Assembly: GCA_963740315.1 (NCBI GenBank)
Contig: CAVUDP010000004.1
Coordinates: forward strand, 800,001 to 864,000
DNA: 64,000 nt
Direction: 5' to 3'
From: an uncultured cyanobacterium
GTDB lineage: Bacteria > Cyanobacteriota > Cyanobacteriia > Cyanobacteriales > Nostocaceae
A model generated the notes under the pieces. The model was given only the letters and a program-made list of their open reading frames with translations. It was not told the origin of the DNA and searched no databases. Shown here one piece after another: positions 43,538-54,891 of this stretch (its first letter is position 1; each line of letters starts with the position of its first letter). The translations under genes and the position numbers were made by a program.

Positions 43538-43822
43538 TTACTCTTTTGGAGGAGCAACTCTTTCTCTAAAGAGTTTCCCAGCAGAGAAAGCAGGAACCTT
43601 CGTTGCTGGAATCTCCATTTTTTCATTGGTTTTGGGGTTGCGTCCTTCGCGTGCTTTACGTTCGCGAGATTCAAAAGAACCGAATCCAACTAGCGTTACT
43701 TTATCGCCGGAGGAAACCGCTTCAATGATGGTTTCCAGAGCAGCGCTCAAAACTGCATCAGCTTGCTTCTTGGTGACGCTTGCCTTTTCAGACACTGCAT
43801 CAACTAATTCACCTTTATTCAT
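43538..43822 (-). CDS. hup: DNA-binding protein HU
   Basis: MNKGELVDAV...VTLVGFGSF...GRNPKT...PAFSAGK; ATG at 43822 with GGGAG RBS. Confidence 0.96.
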   Translation of the reverse strand: MNKGELVDAVSEKASVTKKQADAVLSAALETIIEAVSSGDKVTLVGFGSFESRERKAREGRNPKTNEKMEIPATKVPAFSAGKLFRERVAPPKE

Positions 43823-44514
43823 GTCAAACTCCCTGAGGTTTACTGTTCGTGTGGGTGCAGACACCCCTGATGTATCCTTACTTGCATCCTTTGAAAGGAG
43901 ATTTACAAAAGTCCCGCTTTATGAGTATTTATGCTTAAAACCGCTGTAACTCCCATCCGCTAGACTTTTCAATGAATCATTCTAAGGTGTTGTAGCCATA
44001 AGTGGATACATGAAACGATTATTTTATATAGTTTTCAGGATTTTTCATATCCAAAGCTTTATTTTTGCACTAAAAACACTCTTCTCAAAAGAAAAAGTAC
44101 TTATTTGCAATCACTTGTCACAAGGGTAACAGCGAGAAAAATACAAGGGAGTGATAGGGGGATTAAAACAGCTAGGAGCAACAGCTAAAAACAATGTTTT
44201 AGAGCCAATAGAGAGAATAAATGCTTTCTAAGAAAGGTTATTACAACGATTTTTCGATCCAGACAAATTTTTAGCATATTCTTTTAATGACTCAGCAAAA
44301 AAGGTTTAAAATTATTTATCTAATTAATTAAAAAACTAAAGATTTATTTATAACTTTTGTAAAGTTTTGAGTTAATTTAATGTTGCGCCGTGGATATTGG
44401 GCAGCGAAACTTGTTTTAATAAATATTTTTTATTCGGAGAATAATATTAATAATGTTGTAGAGACGTAGCACTGCTACGTCTCAATATCTTGGGCGATGA
44501 CAAAGAAATCTTGC

Positions 44515-44640
44515 TACTAGTGGTCTGTCCCATTAGTTTTGATGGGTAAAAAGGTTCGTAGTAAGAGTTTTAACTCTCCGGTTTTGGGGAACCAATGCCC
44601 TTACTACAAACCTCTCAAAATTAATATGGCGGAGTATTAG
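44515..44640 (-). repeat. diverged reverse-orientation copy of the 34237-34453 element
   Basis: GGGTAAAAAGGTTCGTAGTAAG...GCCCTTACTACAAACCT is the reverse complement of the unit core. Confidence 0.75.
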
Positions 44641-44851
44641 TCGATTGCATTAAATTTGATGGGTTAGTTTTTCCCAAAACGTATGGAGACGTAGCAGTGC
44701 TACGTCTCTACATGGGTTGCGGATTTCTAACAAATTAATTTGATGTATCAAATCGGCAACCTCCATCAAAAAATGTAGAGACGCGATATATCGCGTCTCT
44801 ACACAATGTGAAAATAAACAACGTGAAATTAAACTGTCAAATCCTCGTTAA

Positions 44852-47299
44852 TTATCTCCGAGGCAACTTCAACCCGCCATTCTGCAACATTCTGCGTACT
44901 TCCGGACTGGGTTTGTAATTGTACCCATAAGAAGAATTTTGGGAATCATCCATAACTTGAGGTGTCAGCAACACGATTACCTCATTACGCTGGTTGTTCT
45001 TGTTTGTGCTTCTAAACAGCGAACCAATAATCGGAATATCACCCAAAATGGGTACCTTTGAAACATTTACCCGGTCAGTTTCCTGAATAATACCGCTGAG
45101 AACTAAAGTTTGACCATCACGTAAACGGACTAAACCGGAATTAAGCGATCGCTCGGATACCAAGAAGATTTGTTGACTGCTGCCGTTACCTAAATTAATG
45201 CTCGCTGGTGCTTGGGGCGCTCTGACGGTAGGAGCCGCAGATAAAGAAACGAAACCATTATCGTCAATTCGGTCAACTTTTACAGCTAGAGTTAAACCGA
45301 CATTTTCTTTATCAACAGTAATAGTTTCTGTAGAAGCGCCATCACCGCGAGTTATTTCTCTGTTGAAGTTTCCTACTACTTCCTGAGTTAAGTTGACGTT
45401 AGCAGTTTGACCTTCTTGAACAATTAAAGTCGGATCGGTCAGAATTTTAGCGTTACCGTTGGTGACTTGAGTTTGTAAAGAAGCAAGGAAACGTTTGGGG
45501 TACTGGAAAAAAGTTGGTAGAGCAGCTACCGCTGTACCAAGAGTACCTTGTTGAATTTGTGTATCTATTGTATCTGGTTCACCTTCCGAGCCAGGGGTAA
45601 CAGTTGTTGTAATTGTTTGTGGTGTTCCTCTGGTAATGTCAGTTATGCCAGCATTAAATGGACTCCCTGAAACACCTGCTCGACGACCGAAAAAGGCTGC
45701 ATCTGCTCCTGGGGTTTCTTGAACGCTAAATTGTCCGGTTCTTTGGTTGCTAAAGATATTTCTAGTATCTATTCCAGTACCTGGAATAGTTGTAGTGGTG
45801 TTTAAATCCAAGAAAGTATTGGCACCTGCATAAGGGTTGGGAACAATTGTCGGACTTACAGTACTGTTACGTGCATCGTTAGCAGATGGAGGATTTATAC
45901 CACCAGCGTTAGCAGATGCTTGACCACCATCAACGCTAAAGAAGTTGTCAGCAACTCCAAAAGAAAAGCTAGTTTTAAAGTCTTTTGTTTTTAACAGGTT
46001 GACATCAACAATTTTGACGTTAACTGCAACTTGACGACGGCGAATATCAAGCTGAGTTAGCTGAGACATCGCGATCTCTATGGTTCTTGGATCGCCAATT
46101 AAGGTAACAGAATTAGTCCGCTCGTCTCCTAATGCTTGTAAACCTCTAAGTAAAGGAGCAGAATCTTGAAAATCAATTCGTTGAGTTTCGACTCTGGTTT
46201 CTGTAGTAGTTTGAGTCTGAGTAATTGGAGCGGCTCCTTGACCTACAGGTACGGCACTAACGTTGGTAACTTGGCGTTCTCTACTTACAGCAGTTTCCGC
46301 ACCCAAACCAACCAAAAAGTTAAGAGCAACACCAACGGAAACCTGATTTAATCGCAAGCTCCGCATTACGGTATCGCGGGTGGAATTCGGTAGTTTAGTA
46401 CCAACAAAAATAGTCCTGCCGCTGCGATTCGCTTCTAAACCACTCAAGCGCAAGACATAGTTAAATACATCTTGTACCGGCTCGTTTTCAATATCTAAAG
46501 AAATTGTTGGTCCATCGGCTCCACCACCAGCAGCAGGAGCGGCACCTCCACCACCTGCGGTAAAAGCCAAGTTTAAATTCGCAGCCCGTGCTAAAAGTGA
46601 CAAAACTTCGCGTACTGGTGCATCTCTCAATACCAAGCGAGGTACGCGCTGTTCGGTTCCCAAATCGATCACGCTTGGTGAAGCATCGGTATTAGATATA
46701 GATATATCTCCCACCGGGGGAGCAACCGCTCTCGGTAAGAAAGGAGGAGCTTGATTCATCGATTGTCCCGGACCTGCGGGTGGTGCGGGGGTACCTTCAA
46801 TGTTAACGTCGGGGTTGGGGACTACAGGAGCAGATTGAGCTATTTGGTTATCTTGGCTCGGTTGCGATTCTTCAGATGCCGTACTCATTCCCGCAGAAGG
46901 CATCAAAGCAAAGGTAAGTCCGTTTTGCTCTCGTTCTACGGGCTTGGTTTCCGGAGCGCTACCAGTACCTTTTACTACTACGCGAACGCTATTTGCATCG
47001 AGTTGACCGATAGAAACCGAAGCAATTCCATCAGTAGGATTATCCTGACGGAAACTATTGCCTTGTGGTAAACGTAACTGAGTATTAATAATATCTGCTA
47101 CTAAAGAATTACCTCTTTTAGTAGTAAAAACCTGGGGACGAGAGCCATCAGAAGTTTTTAAAACCAGATTTACGCCACCGTCAGCTTCGTTTAATTTTAC
47201 TTCTGTAATTTTTGTAGTTGTTTGCGCCCAAACTGGCTGACTTACTAACAATACAGAGACAGCGGTTCCAAATATAAAACTACTACCGTGAAGTTTCAC
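44852..47299 (-). CDS. pilQ: type IV pilus secretin PilQ (AMIN domain plus secretin)
   Basis: Signal peptide, AMIN domain, AKILTDPTL, DGQTLVLSGII, KVPILGDIPIIGSLF. Confidence 0.93.
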   Translation of the reverse strand: MKLHGSSFIFGTAVSVLLVSQPVWAQTTTKITEVKLNEADGGVNLVLKTSDGSRPQVFTTKRGNSLVADIINTQLRLPQGNSFRQDNPTDGIASVSIGQLDANSVRVVVKGTGSAPETKPVEREQNGLTFALMPSAGMSTASEESQPSQDNQIAQSAPVVPNPDVNIEGTPAPPAGPGQSMNQAPPFLPRAVAPPVGDISISNTDASPSVIDLGTEQRVPRLVLRDAPVREVLSLLARAANLNLAFTAGGGGAAPAAGGGADGPTISLDIENEPVQDVFNYVLRLSGLEANRSGRTIFVGTKLPNSTRDTVMRSLRLNQVSVGVALNFLVGLGAETAVSRERQVTNVSAVPVGQGAAPITQTQTTTETRVETQRIDFQDSAPLLRGLQALGDERTNSVTLIGDPRTIEIAMSQLTQLDIRRRQVAVNVKIVDVNLLKTKDFKTSFSFGVADNFFSVDGGQASANAGGINPPSANDARNSTVSPTIVPNPYAGANTFLDLNTTTTIPGTGIDTRNIFSNQRTGQFSVQETPGADAAFFGRRAGVSGSPFNAGITDITRGTPQTITTTVTPGSEGEPDTIDTQIQQGTLGTAVAALPTFFQYPKRFLASLQTQVTNGNAKILTDPTLIVQEGQTANVNLTQEVVGNFNREITRGDGASTETITVDKENVGLTLAVKVDRIDDNGFVSLSAAPTVRAPQAPASINLGNGSSQQIFLVSERSLNSGLVRLRDGQTLVLSGIIQETDRVNVSKVPILGDIPIIGSLFRSTNKNNQRNEVIVLLTPQVMDDSQNSSYGYNYKPSPEVRRMLQNGGLKLPRR

Positions 47300-47593
47300 A
47301 GTTCATTCCTCACTTTAAATATTTTTCTAGAGAACTAATTGAATCAGCCGTACCCGTTATGGGTGAACGAAATTAAAGATTGGGCATTGAATCGCGGTTA
47401 AATTCGTAACTTTAATTGCTAATTAATTGTTTTTAATCCAAACAGGACTTACAACAATTACAATTTACAGATGGTGCGTGACGCTACTTTTCTTATAACC
47501 ACGTACAAAATTTGTAAAAGCGTCACACACCCTACAAATAAAATCCAAAACAAAAGCATCCGTTGTTAAAATCCAAAATTCCATAACTTCTAA

Positions 47594-48343
47594 CTATTGT
47601 TTAGGCTTTTCTTTTTGAGCAGCAATTTCTTGTGAATCCATCGGAACCAAGGCTTCTAATTTGAATGATGTAGTTATTGGTGTTGGTCCAACTCTGGGCG
47701 GTTCATCTTCGCGGATAGTTTCAGGTCGCAATGCTGATTCATAATCTTTAACTAACAACAATGGCTGCAAACGTTCGATGTTGCGAAGAATAGCTTGGGT
47801 TTGTTCGTAGGTACCGCTAACTACAATTGCGGTGCTGCTACGTTTAAGTTTTCCATCAACTTCTGCCCCCAAAGAACCATCAGTTACTGGTTGCGTTCCT
47901 TCAGAATCTGGAGTAAATTTCTGTAATTTGGCTTTCACCGCATTACCACTTAATTGAGCATTTCCGGCTTCGACTAAGCGATTTAAATCTATCAACAAGG
48001 TATCTAAAGTTTTTTCGTTAGCAAATACAGCTAATACTTTGGATTGTTGTGTTTTAGCTTGCGCCAATTCTGCTTTTATTTTGTCGATGTTTTGCAGGCT
48101 AGCTTTTTTTTGCTCAACTTGTCCTTCAAGTTGTTCTTTTGTACTTTGTCTCTCTCCAAAGGTTTCCCAAGCTGGCATCACCATGTTTAAGAGCATATAA
48201 GCTCCACCTGCAAGTCCCACTACCCCAATTAGAACACCGCTAATCATTGGGGTAAAAGTGATACCAAATGCTACGGGATAAGCCGAAGAAGATTCTTCTT
48301 CAAACTCTCCGCCTTCAAAATTCATCTCTTCACTAAATGTCAT
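47594..48343 (-). CDS. pilO: type IV pilus assembly protein PilO
   Basis: TM plus coiled coil, GTYEQTQAILRNIERLQPLL; overlaps the pilN stop by 4 bp. Confidence 0.85.
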   Translation of the reverse strand: MTFSEEMNFEGGEFEEESSSAYPVAFGITFTPMISGVLIGVVGLAGGAYMLLNMVMPAWETFGERQSTKEQLEGQVEQKKASLQNIDKIKAELAQAKTQQSKVLAVFANEKTLDTLLIDLNRLVEAGNAQLSGNAVKAKLQKFTPDSEGTQPVTDGSLGAEVDGKLKRSSTAIVVSGTYEQTQAILRNIERLQPLLLVKDYESALRPETIREDEPPRVGPTPITTSFKLEALVPMDSQEIAAQKEKPKQ

Positions 48344-49101
48344 TTTTGAAAGACTCCCGTTCTTTGCAGACTACGAATTCTAGCTACTAACCCAACCGTA
48401 CCTTTTTGTTCTAATTCCCGCATTAATTCGGAAGCTGGAACATCGCTCAGTTGAGAGACAATAGTATATTTGACTATTTGAGGAGGTTCGATTGTTACCC
48501 CGTCTGGAAGTCCTTGAGGTAATGGACCGTTAACCAATTCAGCGGTAACGATTTTTCCTTCTGCGGATTTGAAAAAAGGAGATTGCTGTAATGAAAGTAA
48601 GAAATCGTTGACATCGTTAAAAGATCGAGCCGAACCTTTAATTTCTATACCTCCGGCGCGATTTGTGGAATTAGCTTCTGTGCTAGGTGCAGTTTGTTTG
48701 ACGTTTTCAATTTGTACGCTGGAGGGAATGCGATCGCGCAAAACTTGCAACATTGCCGACCAAGGACGAATTTGGTCAAAAACACTAACTAAGGCTTGGG
48801 TTTCGCTTTTAATTGCGGCGGTTTGTTGCCTTATTTTCTTGATATCGCCTATTTTTGCTTCTAATGCCTGGTTTTCTTGCTCTAATGCGGCAATGCGATC
48901 GTTAATACTGCTAGTCTGACCATTCACAAACCACAAAGCCGCCCCTAACAAAGCAGGAAAAAGTACGGCTACTGCAACACCTATATAAATCGGTGTCATA
49001 CTCCCAGCAGGTAATGCAATACCAGGACCAGGTTTTTTCGGTCCTGAGTTGTCACCACCAGGGTGGCGATCTTTGAGAAAGTTGACATCTAAACTGTACA
49101 T
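48340..49101 (-). CDS. pilN: type IV pilus assembly protein PilN
   Basis: MYSLDVNFLKDR (PilM-binding motif), TM, coiled coil, FNDVNDFLL.LQQSPF. Confidence 0.9.
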   Translation of the reverse strand: MYSLDVNFLKDRHPGGDNSGPKKPGPGIALPAGSMTPIYIGVAVAVLFPALLGAALWFVNGQTSSINDRIAALEQENQALEAKIGDIKKIRQQTAAIKSETQALVSVFDQIRPWSAMLQVLRDRIPSSVQIENVKQTAPSTEANSTNRAGGIEIKGSARSFNDVNDFLLSLQQSPFFKSAEGKIVTAELVNGPLPQGLPDGVTIEPPQIVKYTIVSQLSDVPASELMRELEQKGTVGLVARIRSLQRTGVFQK

Positions 49102-49103
49102 AC

Positions 49104-50210
49104 TTACGCCTCCCGCATTCCTAAACCAAGTACCGTACCCAAACCGGGGCGCTGTACAAAGGGGTAATCTTCATCGTCTACTTGCAGGGATAAAGCCTGT
49201 ACGGGATCTATTTGGGTAGTAGGTAAACTCAGCCGTTGTGTAAAAAACTCATCTAGCTGTATAAGTCCACCTCCCGGACCTGCAAGCAATATCTGCGCTA
49301 TCTCCAAATTTTCAGCCTGATTCAAGTAGAAATCTACCGAACGACGCAATTCGTCAGTAAGTTCTCCTAACACTCTCAACATGGCAGCCATACCGGGGTT
49401 GACTTCAGTAACACCCGTTTTTCCGCCTTCCATCGGGGAAGTTGGAATAGTCATTCCCTCCAATAGTTCCATGTCTCTGGATGTAGGTAAATTCATTGCC
49501 CGAGACAGGGCTGCTTGCATTTGCTCCGTGCCAATCGGAACGGTACGAGAAAATTGCGGAACTCCGTTAACAACGATCGCAATCTCTGTACTATCAAACT
49601 CAATATTTACTAGTACCGCCGCCTCTTCAGGACCAAACTGGCGTAGTTGATCGCGGATTGTCCGAATTAAAGAAAAACTACTAATCTCCAAAACATCAAC
49701 CTGCAATCCAGCCTGTTCAAAAGTACTTACGTAAGTATCAACAACGTCCTTACGAGTTGCAACTAAAAGTACCTGTACCTTTTCGATGCCATCCTCATCT
49801 ACAAAGTAGCCAAGCTTTTGATAATCCACATCCGCTTCTTCACGGGCATAGGGCAGATATAAACCTGCTTCATGGTTAAGCACCATATCCCGTAACTCTT
49901 TATCGTCCAATTCAGCCGGTACGGGAATCAGACGCACAATAGAGTCTCGCCCTGGAACCGCAGTTGCAACCCGACTCGCTTTAATTTTGCTTTCCAAAAG
50001 CGCCTCTTGGATGATTTGCGCCATTGTTGGCTGATCCGCGATTTGACCATCAACAAAGATGCCTTCTGGAACCGGCACTGATGTTAAAACATCCAATTTC
50101 AAACCTTGGCGCTGCTTGCGTAACTGAGCTACATTCACTCGTTGTGGTGCAAGCTCGATGCCAACCCCGCTTTTAGATTTACCAAACAGACCACTTAAGC
50201 CTTTCACCAC
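49104..50210 (-). CDS. pilM: type IV pilus assembly protein PilM
   Basis: Actin-like fold motifs VGIEL, VLLVA, ELRRSVDFY, LLAGPGG, GLGMRE. Confidence 0.93.
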   Translation of the reverse strand: MVKGLSGLFGKSKSGVGIELAPQRVNVAQLRKQRQGLKLDVLTSVPVPEGIFVDGQIADQPTMAQIIQEALLESKIKASRVATAVPGRDSIVRLIPVPAELDDKELRDMVLNHEAGLYLPYAREEADVDYQKLGYFVDEDGIEKVQVLLVATRKDVVDTYVSTFEQAGLQVDVLEISSFSLIRTIRDQLRQFGPEEAAVLVNIEFDSTEIAIVVNGVPQFSRTVPIGTEQMQAALSRAMNLPTSRDMELLEGMTIPTSPMEGGKTGVTEVNPGMAAMLRVLGELTDELRRSVDFYLNQAENLEIAQILLAGPGGGLIQLDEFFTQRLSLPTTQIDPVQALSLQVDDEDYPFVQRPGLGTVLGLGMREA

Positions 50211-51051
50211 TGTTTTGCCCGTAGGAATACTAAAAAATAAAAATCCAAATGTTACTATAACTGCTCTTGATATCAGGTAATAGATTTAGTTGTTAATGAA
50301 GGCAAGTTGTTTTAAAAATATTGCATAGCCTTTTTCACCCCGATTGTTGATAATCATTATTCCCTATGGTTATTCAAATGAATTTGTTCAAACAAATAGC
50401 GAAGAAATCGTGTAACAGCTAATTGTTAATAACTTATGTTGCTTTTTTCAAGTGAATCAAAGCAATAATTGTATGGGGAAGGCGATAAGGCGATTGATTT
50501 GTATTCTTATATCAACTCGATCGTTATTTAACGCTAGTTATGGACATCATGATGAACGCTTTCTCTTTAATCATCTACAATGCTTGCCTAACAAACATTT
50601 CATTTCAAACAAAGCAATCTTTACTATCGCATTCATACATCGAACAACATTATGTTTTCATCAGCGATAAATATGGTATTCCCAATATCTCATTATGCAG
50701 TTAATTAGTTATAACACCGATTAATTAAAGCAATTATGTATTATAAATGCACTCAGTGCTTACACTGGATTAATAAATATCCGGCAAAGTATGAAACGAT
50801 AATCAATTCAGTATCTTTGACTATGAGAATTTGCGACTATGAAGATTTGAAAGAAATTTCGTAAATATGTTAGTAATTTTGCGGAGTTTTTATCGTCAAT
50901 TCACCCGAAATTATTAATCAGTAATTAAAGAAATTAAAAATAATTAAGTAACTCATTTAAAATTTGTTATCAATCGATAGCATAAGTAATTCTACTAAGT
51001 TGGGAGTTGGGAGTAGGGAGTAGGGAGTAGCGATAAGATTTTGTAGCCAAT

Positions 51052-52344
51052 TTACATTTTGTTACCTTGCAAAAAATGTCCGACTAAATAAAGCGAACCG
51101 CACAAAACAACCAAATTATTATTTGAATTAAAAGCCGTTGAAAGCGCTGATGATAAATCTGAATAAGTATCGCATAAACTCAACTCCGGACAAATTTCTT
51201 TTGCTAGTTGTGCTAATTCATGCTTATCAGCCGAACTATGGTCTGGTACGGGTACCAAATGCAACTCGTCATTAGCTCGTAATAAAGTCTGGAAAATTCG
51301 ATCGTGTTCTTTAGTAGAAAGCATTCCCATCACCCAAGTAACGTTAACTTGAGATTGATTCGATCGAGCTAATACCGTATCAACATAATTTCGTAAAGCT
51401 TCTGCTGCGGCCCGATTATGGGCACCATCAACTAATAATTTGCGATCGCTCCAAGTAGTCCATTGCATCCTTCCCAACCACTTAGTTTTTCCCATACCCT
51501 CAACAATAGCTTTCTCAGATATTTGCCAACCCTGCTGTTGTAGAATTTCTAAAGTGGCGATCGCTAAAGCAGAATTAATTAACTGTATTTTTCCTTGTAG
51601 CGGTAAAGGATATTTGATTAATTTGGTAAGTGGTAATTGAGAATTACTATTGTGTTTTTCCACTTCAACCCAACCATTACCAACTTCTCGTGCAGGCTGG
51701 GGTTTAAATATTGGACATTGTAATTTTAAAGCGCGATCGCGAACTACAATTTCTGCTTCTTTTGGTAATTGTCCAATAACTACCGGGCATCCAGCTTTGA
51801 GAATACCTGCTTTTTCTTTGGCGATCGCACCAACAGTAGAACCCAATTGTTGCCAATGATCGCGGCTAATAGAAGTAACAACAGTCACTAGAGGTTTTGC
51901 ACAAACATTAGTAGCATCCAAGCGCCCTCCCAATCCAACTTCTACCACCGCCACATCAACCTTCTGGCGAGCAAAATACAGCCAAGCTGCCGCAGTAAAT
52001 ACTTCAAACTGAGTCGGTGATTCTTCTTTGATCGCGATCGCTTGTTGTACTTGAATCAATAAATTGCCAAGTTCCTCAGAAGAAATTTGGCGATCGTTAA
52101 AGCAAATTCGCTCGCTCCAATCAATCAAATGAGGAGAAGTATAGCGTCCCGTTTTATATCCAGCCTGCGTTAAAACCGAAGATAAATAAGCGCAAACAGA
52201 ACCTTTGCCATTCGTACCAGCAACATGAATTACCGGAACTTGATGGTGTGGATTACCAAGACTCGCCAGAAGCTTCTCAATCCGTTCCAACCCCAAATGA
52301 ACGCCAAAGCGTTTATAGGGCTGTAGTAAAGAATCTATATCCAT
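51052..52344 (-). CDS. folC: folylpolyglutamate synthase / dihydrofolate synthase
   Basis: IHVAGTNGKGS, YTSPHL, EVGLGGRLDATN, DGAHN, CGSLYLVG. Confidence 0.96.
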   Translation of the reverse strand: MDIDSLLQPYKRFGVHLGLERIEKLLASLGNPHHQVPVIHVAGTNGKGSVCAYLSSVLTQAGYKTGRYTSPHLIDWSERICFNDRQISSEELGNLLIQVQQAIAIKEESPTQFEVFTAAAWLYFARQKVDVAVVEVGLGGRLDATNVCAKPLVTVVTSISRDHWQQLGSTVGAIAKEKAGILKAGCPVVIGQLPKEAEIVVRDRALKLQCPIFKPQPAREVGNGWVEVEKHNSNSQLPLTKLIKYPLPLQGKIQLINSALAIATLEILQQQGWQISEKAIVEGMGKTKWLGRMQWTTWSDRKLLVDGAHNRAAAEALRNYVDTVLARSNQSQVNVTWVMGMLSTKEHDRIFQTLLRANDELHLVPVPDHSSADKHELAQLAKEICPELSLCDTYSDLSSALSTAFNSNNNLVVLCGSLYLVGHFLQGNKM

Positions 52345-52512
52345 TTTAATCAGGTCTGCATGTTAAAGGTCTGCATGTTAAAGGTTAAAGGTTATAAATA
52401 ATTATCAATCCCCATTCACCGTAGGTGGGAGGTAGCCCTATGCCCAAATTAATGAAACCGACTGCTCCATAAAGGAAAACAGCCGGATCGCTTGCGATAA
52501 TTTAATAAAAAT

Positions 52513-52632
52513 TTACGCTTCTCTATTCAAAAAGCCTTGCAATTGTCTTATTGCAGCAGCACCAATGTTAAATAATGCCCAACTTGCGGCAATAGCTAAA
52601 GGTGCTAAAACAATCACTACACGCATATCCAT
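52513..52632 (-). CDS. psbY: photosystem II protein Y (39 aa; below the ORF track cutoff)
   Basis: Hand translation [46 protein letters not shown] upstream. Confidence 0.93.
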   Translation of the reverse strand: MDMRVVIVLAPLAIAASWALFNIGAAAIRQLQGFLNREA

Positions 52633-52744
52633 ATTTAGAACCTCTCTTTTAGGAAAAATTTTAAGTTTTATCAACTGCTCTCATTTTTATTTTTAGCTGA
52701 ATCGGCAAATTTTGCTACCCCTAGATGTAAAGAATGGTTACAAA

Positions 52745-52900
52745 TCAATTATCAATTATCAATTATCAATGAACAACTAAAAATTATTTTCCCCATCCCC
52801 ATCTCCCCATCTCCTTGTCTCCCCATCCCCCCATCTCCCCATCTCCTTGTCTCCCCATCCCCCCATCTCCCCATCCCCTTGTCTCCCCATCTCCTTCTCC
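52745..52900. repeat. tandem repeats TCAATTA and CCCCATCT/CCTTGTCT
   Basis: Visible arrays. Confidence 0.9.
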
Positions 52901-53422
52901 TCAAACAAACCCCAAATCCGTACCTTTCCCAGCATGAACTAAAGCCAATTTCTGGTAGCGTTTGGCGTGTTCGATTAGTTCTGCTGCTTCTTCGGGAGAA
53001 TTTTGACGTATTACTTTACCTGGAACTCCTACGACAAGAGATAAGGGAGGTACGTTTTTAGTTACTACTGCCCCTGCACCAATAATGCTTCCACAACAAA
53101 CACGTACTCCATCAAGAATTATTGCGCCAATACCGATTAAAGTCCCGCTTTCAATGTATGCAGAATGCACTACGGCTCGATGTCCAATGGTAACGTAGTC
53201 TTCTAAAATGGTAGGTTTACCGGGGTCGCCGTGAAGAATTGCTCCATCTTGGATATTCGTATATTCACCAATCTCAATGCGCTCTACATCACCTCTGACC
53301 ACCGCGCCATACCAAATGCTTGCTCCTGTGGCAACGCTAACCGAACCCATGACAACAGCATTGGCTGCAACAAAAGCTGCTGCTGAAATATCGGGAGAAG
53401 ACCAGTAGGAAGTGTTAGACAC
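52901..53422 (-). CDS. gamma carbonic anhydrase family protein
   Basis: Hexapeptide repeats; VVRGD, TNIQDGAILH, IGHRAVVH. Confidence 0.92.
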   Translation of the reverse strand: MSNTSYWSSPDISAAAFVAANAVVMGSVSVATGASIWYGAVVRGDVERIEIGEYTNIQDGAILHGDPGKPTILEDYVTIGHRAVVHSAYIESGTLIGIGAIILDGVRVCCGSIIGAGAVVTKNVPPLSLVVGVPGKVIRQNSPEEAAELIEHAKRYQKLALVHAGKGTDLGFV

Positions 53423-53718
53423 GATAGAATATGAATATGAAAAAAGAGTATGACTAGAATTTTATGACGTAATTTTTCAATTCAACAACGGTCATTAGTA
53501 TATAAAAACTAAAATATCATCCGCCGTTTTTATGTCCAAAAAAAGCTGTAGATTTATCTTAGCTGTGTTGTACTAATGAATATAGTTCTTAAGTAAAACT
53601 AATTTATAAATTCAATAAGTAAAAATCTTGCGCGTTCGTCTACCTAGAGGAGTTGTATTGCAAGTGTAAAATTAAACAAGTGTTACGCGATAAAAATAAG
53701 GATGTTTATATACACTTA

Positions 53719-54231
53719 ATGATGAATCTCAGCTTGCAGTACCCAATATTTGGTCCCGAAATTCAGTGCCCCCATTGCCGTCAGACTATTCCAGCGCTGA
53801 CATTAACTGATACTTATTTGTGCCCCCGCCACGGAGCTTTTGAAGCTAATCCGAAAACAAGTGAATTGATTCACCTCCAGTCTGGGCGACATTGGCGAAG
53901 ATGGAAGGATGAATGGTATCGTCAGCACAACCATCCCGATGGAATTAGGTTTGAAATTCACGAAGCGCTTGATAAGCTTTATACCCAAGGCTATCGCGCT
54001 ACTAAAGTGATTATTGCTCGCCGATATCAGGAATTAATGGGCGGTTATTTGGAGCGGAGTTCGCCTTGGCGCGGACAAAACTCGGAAGTTACTTCTGCCC
54101 GATTGTACGGCTTACCAGTGGATTTTAGTCCCGAAGCTAGTGACGATTCTTGCTGGGAAGTAATAAATTTCGATCTAGAAAAAGAACCCGGTGTTCCGGT
54201 ACGCTACCCCTATTTTAGATTGTTTGAATAA
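53719..54231 (+). CDS. TIGR02652 family conserved cyanobacterial protein
   Basis: YPIFGPEIQCPHCRQTIPALTLTDTYLCPRHGAFEA; start set to the ATG at 53719. Confidence 0.85.
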   Translation: MMNLSLQYPIFGPEIQCPHCRQTIPALTLTDTYLCPRHGAFEANPKTSELIHLQSGRHWRRWKDEWYRQHNHPDGIRFEIHEALDKLYTQGYRATKVIIARRYQELMGGYLERSSPWRGQNSEVTSARLYGLPVDFSPEASDDSCWEVINFDLEKEPGVPVRYPYFRLFE

Positions 54232-54302
54232 TTTCAACTGTTAGGAGTCGTCTATGTTGTAACTCCTAACCTTAATTTTAACCACTTTAATAGTATTTTA
54301 AA

Positions 54303-54743
54303 ATGCACCACGCTTCTATTCGGACGGCGGATATCCATCGGGCGATCGCCTTTTACGAACAGTTAAGTTTTCAAGTATGCGAGCGTTTCACAACTGGCTA
54401 TACTTTGGCTTGTTGGATGGAGGGATTGGGGGGAAGAATTGAACTAATTCAAATTCCCGAACCCAAACCGGCTGCGGATGCATTTGCTGATGAGCATTAT
54501 GTCGGTTATTACCATCTATCATTCGACATCACCAACATTGCATCCGATTTACCCAGTTGGTTGAAAAGTATTAAAGAAAATTTTGCTTTGTCATCCCGCA
54601 AACAACCGGAAGTAATACAGCCTTTGAAAGTACTTTTAGAACCAACTCAGCAGCAAATAGGCGGTTGTATCTATGAAGTTGCTTTCATCGCCGATACAGA
54701 TAATTTACCTTTGGAATTTATTCGTAATCTTACAACTAATTAA
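54303..54743 (+). CDS. VOC/glyoxalase family protein
   Basis: HHASIRTADI..AIAFY, IELI, GYYHLSF, F..D.D..PLEF. Confidence 0.88.
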   Translation: MHHASIRTADIHRAIAFYEQLSFQVCERFTTGYTLACWMEGLGGRIELIQIPEPKPAADAFADEHYVGYYHLSFDITNIASDLPSWLKSIKENFALSSRKQPEVIQPLKVLLEPTQQQIGGCIYEVAFIADTDNLPLEFIRNLTTN

Positions 54744-54891
54744 ATAGTTGGAATTAGTTGAAATTAATTACTTTTATCTGTAGAATAAACAGTCTGTGTA
54801 GTGTTGCCGAGGCAACATATTCTATCCGCAGATTAGACTATATTCATAGAAAAAATCTGTAATTAAGCTTACAGATACATCAAGCAAATAG

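Noticed and set aside
47300..47593. Missing pilP between pilO and pilQ
   Set aside because: pilMNOQ without pilP is the normal cyanobacterial arrangement.
52727..52741. NtcA-like site upstream of psbY
   Set aside because: Spacing is GTA-N9-TAC rather than N8.
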